64,000 bases of DNA, taken from NCBI RefSeq assembly GCF_964194155.1, contig NC_135888.1, forward strand, positions 99,882,001-99,946,000, given 5' to 3'. Position numbers and translations under genes: made by a program. Below the pieces are notes generated by a model, which was given only the letters and a program-made list of their open reading frames with translations, was not told the origin of the DNA and did not search any database. Position 1 is the first letter of the stretch; each line of letters begins with the position of its first letter. Below are positions 13,068 through 26,839 of this stretch, piece by piece. The DNA comes from Cetorhinus maximus (lineage: Eukaryota).

Positions 13068-13290
13068 TTAAGGAAAACTGCTGCTTCTGGAAATCTGAAA
13101 TAGAAATAGAAAATGCTGGAAATACTCAGCAGGTCAGACAATATATGGACAGAAACAGAGTTAATGTTTCAGGTCAATGGCCTTTGATGAACTCTGACAA
13201 AAGGACATTGACCTGAAACATGAACTCTGTTCTCGCTCCAAATGCTGCCTGATCTGCTGAGTATTTTCAGGATTCTCTGTTTTTACTGTA
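13068..13290. mobile_element. Short palindromic Penelope-derived element (two pLTR ends back to back)
   Basis: aatactcagcaggtcag..gagttaatgtttcaggtcaatg is mirrored by cattgacctgaaacatgaactc..ctgatctgctgagtatt. The centre is near 13192. Confidence 0.8.
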
Positions 13291-13344
13291 AGCAACACAT
13301 TCACGTTTTCACTTTAGTGTACTGTTCTCTTAAACTGTTAACTT

Positions 13345-14503
13345 ACTTAAGTTTTTGATGAGGTAACAGAGATGGTTGATGAGGGTGATTCTGTTGATGT
13401 GGTGTACATGGACTTCCAAAAGGCATTTGATAAGGAACCACACAACAGACTTGTGAGCAAAGTTAGAGCTCATGAAATAAAAGGGACAGTAGCAACATGG
13501 ATACAAAATTGGCTGAGTGATGGGAATCACAGAGTAGTAGTGAACGGTTGTTTTTCGGACTCGAGGAAGGTTTATAGTGAACACCCCCAAGAATCAGTGT
13601 TAGAATCCCTGCCCTTCCTGATATATATTAATGACCTAGACCTTGATGTACAGGGCACAATTTCAAATTTGTGTATGATATAAAACTTGGAAGTATTCTG
13701 AACCATGAGGAGAGTAGTGTTGAACTTCAAAAGGACATAGACAGGTTGGTGTAATGGGTGGACAAGTGGCAGATGAAATTTAATAGAGAAGTATGAAGTG
13801 ATACATTTTGGTAGCAAGAACTCAGAGAGACAATAGAAATAAAGGGTACAATTCTAAAGGGAGTACAGGATTAGAGGGACTTGGGTGTATATGCACCTAA
13901 ATCATTGAAGGTGGCAGGGCAGGTCGCGAGAGAAGTTAACAAAGCATGTGTATTCTTGGCTTTATCAATAGGAGCAGAGAGTACAAAAGCAAGGAAGTTA
14001 AGTTAAATCTATATAAAACACTGGTTCAGTCTTAGCTGGAGTATTGCGTCCAGTTCTGGGCACCACACTTCAGAGTGTGATTGGAGAGGTTGGGACTGTT
14101 CTCCTTGGAGAAAAGGTTGAGGGGAGATTTAATAGAGGTATTCAAATTCCTGAGGTGTCTGAACAAAGTAGATACGGAGAAACTGCTCCCATTGGTGGAA
14201 AGATCAAGAACCAGATGGCATAGATTTAAGGTAACTAGTAAAAGAAGCAATGGCCTCATGAGGAAAATTTTTTATCACATAGTGAGTGGTTAGGGTCTGG
14301 AGTGAACTGTCTGAAAGTGTGGTGGACATAGGGTCAACTGAGGCTTTCAAGAGGAAATTGGATCATTATCTGAGAAGGGAAATTTTGCAGTGCTATGAGG
14401 AAAAGGCGGGTGTGGCACTAGGTGAAATGTTTCTTTAGCGGGTCAACACAGATTTGATGGGCCTAATAGTCTCCTTTTGTGTTGTAATCATTCTATGATT
14501 CTG
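13345..14503 (+). mobile_element. CR1 LINE, 5'-truncated, with 3' tail
   Basis: VDVVYMDFQKAFDKEPH..PQESVL..FLIYINDLD and LEKRLRGDLIEVFK. Ends in ttctatgattct. Confidence 0.92.
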
Positions 14504-14929
14504 TTAAATGCACTAACTGCTGCCTTCCTTTCACAGTTAGGATTAAAGAATTACGACTAGCCACAACATTTTGTAGTAGTACTTTCAATAGCCGTTCAGA
14601 GAATCAGATGTTTCTGCCCTGGTTGTACGACCAACAGCAGTTCTGCAATCTCAGATCTCTTTCCTGCACAAAAAAGACACAAATGATGCACATTAATTTT
14701 ATTTCCTATGAGCCTTTAAATCCTACAGCAGCACACTACTCCTCCTCCCCAAAATGGGAGAGTTACTGATCAGATCTCACCAAAAATATTTTAACAAGGC
14801 TATACCCAGGAATTATAGTGGGGTCATACATAGCTCGTCCAATTTGGTGGCTGCAAAATGCAATGAGTCATTGTAATGTTGCTGCCATTGCTGGTATTGG
14901 CACACTAGAAGGTCTTCTGGAAAGAGAAA

Positions 14930-15693
14930 AATTAAGAAGCAGGAGCTGTAGTAGGCCATTTGGCCCATTAAGCATGTTCTGCTAATCAATAAGATCATTG
15001 GCTGATCTGATTGTGGCCTTAACTCCACTTTCCTGCCTGTTCCCCCGTGGTAAAGTGAGGTACCCTGACCCTTCATGAGAATGCAAGTGTACTGATCATG
15101 TGACAGCACTGACGAATCACTGTACAGCGTGGCCAACTGGGAACTGTAAGTCTAGTTCTGGAGGTTTCTGAGTGAGCATGTATGATCTGGTGCTCTGCCC
15201 TATGTCTCAATAAACCATCACTTAAATCAGTCTCTCCCCATTATTGATTGCAAGCAGCAATTGAGGAGAACATAGGAAGGCGTGCAGTTAGAGTTCGGTT
15301 GGCCTACGAACTCATTTACCCAAGACATAAAACCCCCATAACCCAACTTCTTAGTTGATCAAAAATCTGTCTCAGTCTTGAATATATTCAATGACCCAGT
15401 CCCCAGTGCTGTGTGTGGAAAGGAATTCCAAAGAAGAACTACCCTCTGAGAGAATAAATTCCTCATCTCCAACTTAAATGGGAAACCCTTAGTTTTAAAC
15501 TGTGGCCCCATTGGTTCTAGATTCCCCCATGTGGGAATCATCCTCTCAACATCTACCCTGTCAAGTCCCCTCAGAATCTTATATGTTTCAACAGGATCGC
15601 TTCTCATTCATCTATATTCCAATTTATATAGGCCCAACCTTTCCTCATAAGACAATCTTCATCCCAGGAATCAACCTGGTGAACCTTTGCTGA
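14930..15693 (-). mobile_element. CR1 LINE 3' fragment, interrupted by about 280 bp (15050-15330)
   Basis: MRSDPVETYKILRGLDRVDVERM..FSQRVVLLWNS, plus CR1 3'UTR motifs (gtaggccatttggccc, atcattggctgatctg). Confidence 0.85.
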
Positions 15694-16079
15694 ACAAAAA
15701 TTACCCACGTCAAAGCTAACGGATGGACTTCCCTTGCGAAATGTACTGGTTTGTATAGGGTACGTAAACTTGCAGGTAGACCTTCCTCCTGCATTATCAT
15801 TGATGGCAGTTCACGTAGATAATTTCTTTATAAATTCCTATGTGACAATGGAAACTAAGAACAAAATATAATACTTTAAGGTAACAACTGAATTACGTTT
15901 GTGAGATTTAGTCTAAATATCCCCAGACCGTAATTTAATCCAGGTTCACCTGCAGATTGCACTTGATCCTGGCTCCCCATGTAATGCCCCGGGAAACCAG
16001 GGAGAACGAAAATATCAAACACTTCGGTCTGTGGTTCGGTTCTTGTTTGTTGATCATTGCTTCCCTATGTGACAGGTTT

Positions 16080-16400
16080 TGTCACGCCTTCCCTACTAGA
16101 TTTCCTCTCCTGCCTGACGATGGAGCGATAACCAATATGAGGTGGCGCAGTAGCGGCGCGCGCGCGCGCGAACGGCACATGCGCTTCCCCCACCATATTG
16201 AAACGGCGGGCGTCCATTTTACGCCAGCCGTGCGGGCGCGATCCAATTTCGAAGCCAAACCTCTGCCTTGACGTCCGGCCTTTTTAAAAAGGGGCTGCTG
16301 GCAGGGAGACGCTAAGATGGTTTCCTCCTGCCGCCAAATAGAGACAAGGCTGGGGGAGGGGGAGAGATCACGCACAATATTCAAATCAAACATGCTCGGT
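16080..16400. other. CpG-rich segment upstream of gene copy 1, with an alternating GC run and an imperfect hairpin
   Basis: Many retained CpGs in a CpG-poor window. gcgcgcgcgcgcgcg at 16156-16170 is flanked by caatatgaggtgg (16133-16145) and ccaccatattg (16190-16200). Confidence 0.7.
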
Positions 16401-16438
16401 GCCACTGCATACCTGTAACAAAGCTTATAAACTGCTCC

Positions 16439-17668
<1,230 letters not shown>

Positions 17669-17782
17669 TTCTTTTGGGGGCGGGTGAAGGTTTAAAAAAA
17701 AAAGGGGACTGCATAGCTACAAAATGTACTCTAGTATTGCGTACCAAGAAAACTGCATACTTTTTGTTTTAACTTTTTTCAT

Positions 17783-17788
17783 AATAAA
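17783..17788 (+). terminator. Polyadenylation signal of copy 1
   Basis: AATAAA about 115 nt after the stop, preceded by a U-rich tract and followed by GU/U-rich sequence. The context is homologous to the copy 2 signal. Confidence 0.7.
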
Positions 17789-20700
17789 CTACATTGAATT
17801 TATCTCTTGTCTGTAGTGTCTCTTTCTGGGTGAAGTCTACCTGAAGATGCTCAGGGTTTTAACCCGTTGATGCTTGTAGCAGTTTTTTTGCAATTTTGTT
17901 TCCAGTTCTTTATATAAATTATGAAGTCTAACTGTTCCCAGGCGCGCACTGCATAAAAGCAGTTAATTTCCATTTTTTAATGCAGATTTCAGAGGTGAAG
18001 TGAATCCATTAATCCCTTAAATTCTCTTTTTTTTATTCCTTCATCTTTATCAATGCAAAGTAATTAAATCCTTTTTTTGGAAACTTTCTGGGGATAGTAT
18101 TTGTGGGATTTTTGTTCTGATGTCAGTTTCATGTTCGGGCCATTTGTAATTGAGGGCTTTTCAAATTTCTCTTCCTTCATAACAAATACCTGTTGCTGCC
18201 TTTCTATCCCTTAGATGAAGGGGTGGATAAGGATTTATTTTTTCATAAGTTATTGTTCTGAGTTCTCTTGTGGGGTCTGACACCATTAAAGCTTGTTTAG
18301 AATGTACCACATTAAATACACTTAAGAGTCTCTCATTCCTTTGCAGGGATCCAGGTAGTCATTTCTGGGTTGTGGTCATTATTGTGCCTGGCTGGATTGT
18401 CTTACCTGCAGCTGTTCTTCCAACAAACTTCCCTCTGACCCAACCTATCAATCACTCCTAGCCATAACCTGCAACTTTGCCATCTTTTGAATTTATGGTG
18501 CTGAGACTTGAGTGTTTTAAGTTAATATTTAAGTCTTTTACCTTGAAACTGAGCACCCAAATGTGACATTATAAATAACTAGAAACATGTTCTGCTGGCA
18601 TGGTTTAAGTTAGTAGGATAGGCCTACCATCAAGTTGGCCTTCCGGTCTAGGTGCCCCATCAGCAGGAAGCTGATTTGTGCTGCTAAAATTTAGTTGAGT
18701 TGTCAGTACTCCTTCATACTAGTAAATTTAGTATCAGTGGGTAGTAATTTGAATAGTAGAAGCAACAGCAGAGCTTTTTATCCTCCACCAATGTCTGCAT
18801 GCATGCCTGTTGGCCATATTTTTCTTCCTTTGGTTTTAATGCCATAGGCATTGAAACCAATCATAGGAAGCTCATCCCTATGTTAATTTGCATTGGCAAA
18901 ACTTGGTTCAACTCCTTGCCCTTCCTTGGCTATCTGCATCAGCATAGCAGTTCATTTTGCCCTTAAGCCTATATAACTTAGGGTGTTAGGATGCAAATAA
19001 GGGTCTGGGTGGAAGTTGAGACTTGAGAATTGTCCAAAGAAAAAGATTCCATTCCATAATGGAAATACTGATTCAACAGAATATGCATGTTGGGTATAGC
19101 AAGGGGCCTTGCTACATCCTGGGCCTTCATACTTCCAACTGTATGAGTTAATGGTTGTTTTAGCAAGATTATTTAGAATATCCAGTGTCAAAGTTAAATA
19201 GGATAGTGCAACAATGTTTGAATGGACCACAGATTAGTTGACCCCTAGAATGGAAAAGGCAAGGCAATCTAGGAAATGCATCCCTTGGAGATTGGAGACC
19301 TTTTTGTCTCAATCTAAGAACATTATGTTCTCTGCAGTCTCATATGTTCAAGGTTATCACACTGGGTAAGTATGTAATTGTACTAAAGTTCAAGGCAGGT
19401 TGTACTTTTTTTTGAAGCAGAAAGTGTAGATGAAAGGATATGGATGAATTTACAGGAAGTGAACTGGAGCAAAACTAGGTATAAGAAGTTGCAGGAAAAG
19501 TTCTTATACTGAAGATGGGAAAATGAGGTTTCATTAATGTTGCTTCAAATTGTCAAGAATTATGTGCAACTTGCAATTTAATTGACATGTATTTATCACC
19601 TAAAATGCTTGTGCTCCATTGTACTTGAGTTCAAGTAGAGTGCAGCAGCCATTTTGGTTTTGTAAGACTGCACAAATGCCAATGAATGATCTGTGCTTAT
19701 GAATGAGGAATGTTGGCCAAGATAACTACTGCTTGCATTTATATAGCATTTAACTTAACTATCAAGGCCATAAAGGAAGAACATGGATACAGAATATTAG
19801 GAACAGTCTTGGTCAGAGATGATTTCTAAGGAGAGAATTCCAGAATGTGGGGCCTAGATTCCTGAAGGTTACCCCTGCCAATATTAGTGTGAAGAGTGGG
19901 ATGCAAGAGAGGAATCTCCCTGTCTGATCAAATAGTGTCAACGAATCTTAACTCCTACCTACACCAGTGGATTAGGAAGACGTGCCTAACATCTAAAGGA
20001 CAGGTTTGGTCAACTTGGATATTCATTTAGGATTATGGTTTTCTAACTAGTTTTTGAGATGGTTTTAAATTTAGAAAATAAATTATACTTGACTATTACT
20101 GAGAATGATACCTAGCAATCGCCATGTTTTGTTTTTGTACTCCCTTGGATCATGCACTTTCCCTAGTCTAGATCGTAGCAAGTGAAGTGCATCAACTACC
20201 AAGTTGGTCTTGTCCAGTTCTCTTCTATTTCTCTTTGAGTGGTATGCTGAACTGTGACCCTTGGCACTTCTGTTTCCCAGTAAAGTAAACCTTAACCTTG
20301 TTTGATCCCCATGAGATCTATACAAGGTTGTGTAGATTAAGATTTTATTTTTAAATGTCTTATTGTCCTAAATAAAGCTGCTATTTCTTAAAACAAGTGT
20401 CTAAATAATTTTCAATGGTTAATAAACTCTCATGCTTTCCCTTCTAGGTCACTAACTGCACACTCTTCTCTCATGCAGCCCTCGAGCAAGAGTGGACAAT
20501 TTTGGGTCGCAGCTTCTCAAACACCTGCCATCATCGCTGCTGTTTGCCAGGCTGATAGAAGATGAACGTCTGAGACGGTTGCTGCACACTCCATTGAGGA
20601 GTGCCACAATTCTGCTAACCATTAAATCTTGTAGTGCATCCTTTCTACCTGCTCCACCCATGGAAAATTGGTGGGAGAGAAACACAATGCCTAAAATTGC

Positions 20701-23029
20701 ATATGATACAGAAATGTCATTTGGCCAGACACCACAAAGTAAGTCATGGAAATACTAAGCAAGAGCTTAAAGTTATTCCAGGCAAAGCCAGAAGGGGAAA
20801 AAGTCAGTGTCATTGAGGTGTTTGATTTGCCAATTTATACTGAATTATATAACCAAGGATGTCTCTTGTAAAGCTGCATCACCAACTTGAGGTGATCTTG
20901 ATATACTGTATTATCAAGGACCTAGAGCTGTTTTAAAACCTTGGCCAGAAGATGTATTTGTTGGGCAGCTATGCTGCTGTCTGCCAAAATACTGGAATCA
21001 ATTGAGATCTGTGTGACATGGATATTAAGGCTATCAGCATTGAAGTTTTTTTGGAAGAGATGAAGGCTGACTTTCAAACTGAACATTGCACTAGATTGAG
21101 AGTAACCTGAGCAGACTTAAACTGATGAGAACAGCTTCAGTTTTTTGCTTCGTCCACTGCAAAGTGGAGGAGGTGCATATTTCCAGCCATGGTATCTTTT
21201 TTGTTTGAAACGCTAGCAATTAACCATAGAGCAGTGGAGTGCAGTAACAAGTGTCTGAATATGGAGTGGGTTACACAGCATCCCAAGCTCTCTAGGCCAA
21301 AGTATGAAGCCATCTGTACCAGTAATGGCAGACCACACCCAGCAAGTGCACAAAACTCCTTTTCAAGATTGTCAGACATCCATAAGACAAATCTAGCCTG
21401 CAAGAAGCATGAAAATAGACCTATGCAAAGGGTGACTGTCAAAAAACCTGATTACAGTTAGATCTTGGACAAGTACACCAATAAGCAGCATCAATGAAAT
21501 CCTCACCACTCTGCCAATCTCTAAGCTGGGACTTGCTCCCTCTCACCTTGAGGGTGCTATCGTGCATTATGATTGAAGTATGTACTGACAATCAAACAAT
21601 GCCTTGTGTTGCTAGTGATTCCATGTAGATCACTAATCTGTAATAAATGAAAATGAAGTCATTACTTATTGAACAAGGCAGCTAGAACAATTTCCTCAGT
21701 CCAGCAAGAGCTGGCTAGTCTAACATTGCTGTAGTTCAGGAAAATGGGTCGGGCAATGAGATGGAGCAGTTTCTTGATGCAGTGTAAAGTCGGCACTGCT
21801 TGTAGAATGGAATATGTGAATCTTTGAATTATTAAGCACTAAGTGTTTATCTACTGTTCAACAGGGACTTTTGCACCTTGAACTTGCCCAAAAGAACACT
21901 CCAATTTGCAGCAACATGCTAATCCTGGAAGGATTCAATGCAAAGCAACCTGTAAGGCTGTATTAACAGTACATAAATGGGCTGCTGAATGTAACCAATA
22001 TTCTTGGTTACAGTATCATGATCATGGCAGCAACTTCAATTCCTGTGACCTGTTTGACTTGACCATTGTCCTGCTTGCTGCAGCCAGCATATGCCTTTGA
22101 GGATGTGGAGAATTACTTCTACCAACCATCTCCCTACCTAACTGCAACCTTTCTGTATGTGAAACCAAATCAAGAAATTGAACTGAGTATAGAAAGTGGA
22201 GCATTATGAATGAATTTAATTGGAGCTCTCAAAATATTGAGCACAGCCCCTACAAGAGAAGATTGAAGAAGCAAATGTCCTAGCCCAACTAATTACTTCA
22301 GTGGATTCCAAGTAAGGCTATGCAAGAAAAGGTGGCATCACCTGTCATGACAGCTTCAACTGGTCAAATGTTGTACAAACCAAACCAAAATTTCTTAAGC
22401 CAGTAATTACTGGGGTCATTATTAGCATATTGAGTTGGCTTAATGTTTCCAGCATCACCTTCAAAATATTGGCTGCTTGAATTCAACTGAAGCAGGGTTG
22501 GGAGGAAGAAACACCAACTTGTTACAGCTATCAGCACATCTTCCAAACCATTTTGAGTGGTATTCCTGTTTGACATAAATGCTCTTTTTGAAGTTTGACA
22601 CAATGTACTATGAGAACTCTGAGCTGGTTCAATTGGTGCCAAATTGCTTGATGCAGCCTACCTGCTGTTACTGAACATTGACAGTTTCCAAATTTTGCCC
22701 AAATGCAGACCTTCTGTCCTCATCCCAGGCTGTTCTTAGCTGCCCAATACCAAATGACTTTCCAGCCTTTTGCATAGTCAGCCACAGACTTTGGATAATA
22801 CAGGCACATAATGCTCTCTCTGCTGTGCTCAAGCCTGACATCTGGGTTTCAAGCAATGAAAAAAAATGTTTTGGGGTTGAAGTACTTGCACAAAGCAAAG
22901 AAAAATACTGATTAAGGAACCAGGTACAGAAACCATCTCTGTGCATTTGCAACACTACATAGCTGTGGACCTGTAATGTACAGAATGTTAGTAACATTGA
23001 AATGCCCTATATATCCAAAGTGTCCAGAT

Positions 23030-23700
23030 AACTTGGAAATGTGAACAGGAGGAAATAGTAAAACTTCAGAATAGCATAGTCTGGTGAAATGGGCAGAAAT
23101 GTGTTCTATGATTTGATGCAGAGATGCATTTTGGTAAGAAGAATGTGGAAAGGTGATATAAACTAAATGGGGTGGAGAAGTAGGGACACCTGGGGATGGT
23201 TGCACCTATCTTGGCTGTTCAAAAAAAAGTCTACAGAATCCTATGCCTGTTTTTTAAAGCCAAGAGTGCAAAATCAAGAAATTCACACTAATTTCTTTTG
23301 TCAGTCATGGGTTAGACTGCAGTTGTAATATTGCATCCAATTCTAGAACCATCTTTTAGGAAGGATGTCAAGGCCTTGAAGGGTGCAGAGGAGGTTGATT
23401 ATAGAATGGTACAAGGGATGCACGGCTTCAGTTACGTAGAGAGACTAAAGCAGCTGAAGTTGCCCTCAGAGCAGTGAAGATTAAAGGGGGGTTTAATAAA
23501 GACACTCTATCATGAATGGTTTTAAGAGCTGATGGGGTGAAACTGCTTTCAGTAGCAGAAGGGGTAGTAACCAGCATATTTAAGTTAACAGGCAAAAGAA
23601 TGTGATAATTTTCCAGTGCAGCAAATTATGATGTGGCAATGCACTACCTGAAAAGGTGTGGAAGTGGATTCAATTTTCAGGATTAGATTATATAAAAGAA
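23030..23700 (+). mobile_element. Decayed CR1 LINE 3' part
   Basis: aaatgggcag..catttttggtaagaagaat..ttttaggaaggatgtcaaggccttg..cttcagttacgtagagagacta. Confidence 0.75.
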
Positions 23701-24814
23701 AAACTTGCAATTTCCTAGCACCTTTCATAACAGAATGTGCCAAGGAAGCACTTAAGTGTCGACACTAATGTAGAAAATACATAAGTTGCAGGTGATTAAC
23801 CAGCTTGACCGCAGTTGTACTTAGTCCAAACTCAGTTTAAAACACCTGATCTCATTTATTTGAGCACTCAGTTCAAAAACGTTGCTGTCCACTTTATCCA
23901 TTCTTCTGAAAAGTTCCTGGTTAACTTCTAATCTTGCTTATGAGCTTGAAAGCATTTTCAGATGACTCCAAGTTTTCTTTCCTGCGCAAAGACCCCAAAG
24001 ATGCAAGGCAGTGAACTTGAGCATTTTGTGGGGAAAATCATGAGCACAGGTCTGAACCCTTGCTCAGACAGTACATAGAAGTACTGGTACACCAACCACA
24101 CCGAGCTTGCAGCATGCAGCAATAATTGAATTTTGCTCTGCTTGGAGGCAGCAGAGTTTACAATGGAATGAGGGAATCAATCCAATGTTGGAGGTCTTGT
24201 TCTCCAGTTGCTTTTTACTGTAGTGTGAAATGTTGAACTGGCTTAATAGACTCTGACATCGACTGTTTTCTACATATGGTGAAAGTGGCAGAAGCAAAAT
24301 TGGAAATGAGGTAACAGCATGCTTGGTCTGCATGTGCACAGTGCTGGTTGACCAATGAGTCCCTGGTGAATCTATGCTAATTAACTTTAAAGACTTAATT
24401 TACAAATTCAAGGAATGTAATGCTCTGAACCTTTATCCATCTTATTGCATATTGTGGAAACCTGAGTTTCTTGAATGTGGAATACAAGGATCAGGAAATC
24501 ATTGCTCTCTGACCAGACCTAAAGTTTAAAAGTACCATTCTCTTTATTTCAAGCTGTTCAACTTGTTTTCTCTGAATCTCTTGTCTCTTGAGCTGTGCCT
24601 GCACTGTCAAATATACTCTAAGTATTGTAGCTAAATATAAACTCAATTTGAGCTTGCATACACACTCTCTTCCCTTGTGGAGAATCTTGCAGGTGATACA
24701 TTTGGATATACTGGATGCACCATCTCTGCAAGTTTGCTTTGAACCTTATGACTGAACTGGTGTCTTGCATGCCATCTGAAGTTTATTTTAGGTGTTTACT
24801 TGTAGCTCAACAGA

Positions 24815-25145
24815 GAACTTAAGCACAAAATCTAGGCTGACACTCCAGTGCATTACTGAAGGGGTGCTGCACTGTTGAAGGTGTAGTAATTTGGCTCGTT
24901 CTGCCCCTTCAGGTAGATGTAAAAGATCCCAGCACATTATTTTGAAGAGCAGGGGAGTTCCCCCTGGTGTCCTTCCATTTGTTCCTCAACATTTTTTTTA
25001 GAACAACTTGATTTATTTTGCCATTAACTAATTGTTTTAAGATTTGTTTGCAAATTCCCACATTTCCTTCATGACAGTGCTTAAAGTACTTTATTGACTA
25101 AAATGTTTTGGGGATTCCCTGAAGGTGTGAAAGGCAAGTATTTTT
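24815..25145 (+). mobile_element. Deu-domain SINE (SacSINE1-like)
   Basis: aggctgacactccagtgcattactga..taaaagatccca..gaagagcaggggagttc..ggtgtcc. Homologous copies at 43095-43265 (-) and 53170-53525 (+). Confidence 0.65.
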
Positions 25146-26304
25146 TACAATTTAAAATCAGATTATATATAGAATATGGGAGTGTTGGCTTTATATAATT
25201 ACTGCAGTTTTAACATAACCCATACTTTCAAATATTTAATCAGTAATTGGTGAAGTAATTGGTCGAGTGCAGTAGTATTTCCCTCTAAATAGCATGAGGT
25301 GCTTGACACATTCTCTTAGATAAATTCCAACTGCTGGAGTAGAAATGGAAAATCCATTTAATGTCATCCTAAATAAACTGCTTGCTAATTAAGCATTTTC
25401 TCTACCTAATGAATTGTTCTAATGGCAGATTTTTCTTGCACCACCATTCCAGCAAATAAGTCTGGCAGTAAAAGGTTCTGTTATTTAAATTCAGGTTTGT
25501 AACTGGCATAAGAAATTTTTGTGATCTCATTTTACAATGTTTAATTCTTTAGCTGTCTGTCTGTCTTATTTCAATGCAAGCTGTGGATGATGCTCAGTAG
25601 TGTTTTGTAAAGGAGTCTTAACTAAGCTGCAAGCTGAAGTTGAACAGGCTTTTTGTTGGCGATGGCAAGATGACATGTAAAATTACCCAGTGATGTTTGC
25701 TGAGATGTCATGGGGAAACCAAAGCAACAGCCTGTGCTCTTAAAGAGCAAATTGCTCAGTAGGTCAAGTAGCATCTGTAGACAGACAAATGACGTTTCTA
25801 GTCGACTGCCTTTCCTTGCTGTAAGGACTCCCTAGATTGCACAGAACTCCAACTATCTGACTTTTCTTGCAACTTCATATAAGTTCTGGTTTAAAATCCA
25901 GTGGACAGCTGGTAGAAGCACGCCTCTTCCTAACCAGACTCGTAGATCATGTCCTGAATCTGAAAGCCCTCTACTTGATTTAATGATGCTGTAACTTTAC
26001 CATTTTAGATTCCAAGTAAGTAGTCAATATTTTCATTCCTTGAAGTACAAAACCAACTATGTAATCATTGTACGTTTTATTTAATTGTACATGAGTTTGG
26101 CTGGACATTCGAACAAGATCAAAAATTGAAGTACAAAAAAAGCTTAAGCTCTTGGAGCAAAACAGTTACAGGAAGTAATAAAATACCTAAAATAAAACAC
26201 TAGCAATGAAAAATAAGAACATATTAAATTGCCTGCACAGTAAATGTACAGAGCCTTAACAACAAATCTAAGTAATTGGAGACAATAATTCTATGAAGAA
26301 ATAG

Positions 26305-26750
26305 ACTTTGAAGGATGTTAAGGCCTTGGAGAGGGGGCAAGGGAGTTAAGTGAATGGTTCCAGCGATGAGGGGACTTCAGTTACATGGAGAGACTCTAGA
26401 AACTGGGGTTGCTTTCCTTGGAACAAAGAAGATTTAAGTGGGTTTATTTGGTGTTCATAAGCATAATAAATAATGAGAAACTGTTTCCAGTGGCAGGCAG
26501 GTGGTTGACTAGGGGACATAGATATAAGGTAATTGGCAAAAGAGCCAGAGGTGACATGACAGTGCATTCCAAGTCATAACTGGTTAAAACTGTCTCAAAA
26601 GGCGAAGGAAGCAGATTTAAATAAACTTTCAGAAGGGATTTGGATAAATACTTGAAGGGGGGAAAAAATTGCAGGAGCGGGGACTAATTGGATAGCTCTC
26701 TTAAAGCTGACGCAGGCATGATGGACCAAATGCCTTGTGCATAATTATAT
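26305..26750 (+). mobile_element. CR1 LINE 3' fragment
   Basis: gaaggatgttaaggccttggagagg..gacttcagttacatggagagactctag..ggataaatacttgaagg..atggaccaaatg. Confidence 0.75.
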
Positions 26751-26839
26751 GAATAGGGTAACTAAAACATGGCTGCAGACAGAACAGGATTGGTAGTTAA
26801 ATATTGAAGACTAGGAAAGTGGTTAAAAAGACAAGACAA

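Noticed and set aside
21137-22997. Possible P-element or hAT transposase relic on the minus strand (SDNLEKEF, ELKLLP, DPSNYWLKK)
   Set aside because: The matches are only 3-5 residues and do not form a convincing ordered set.
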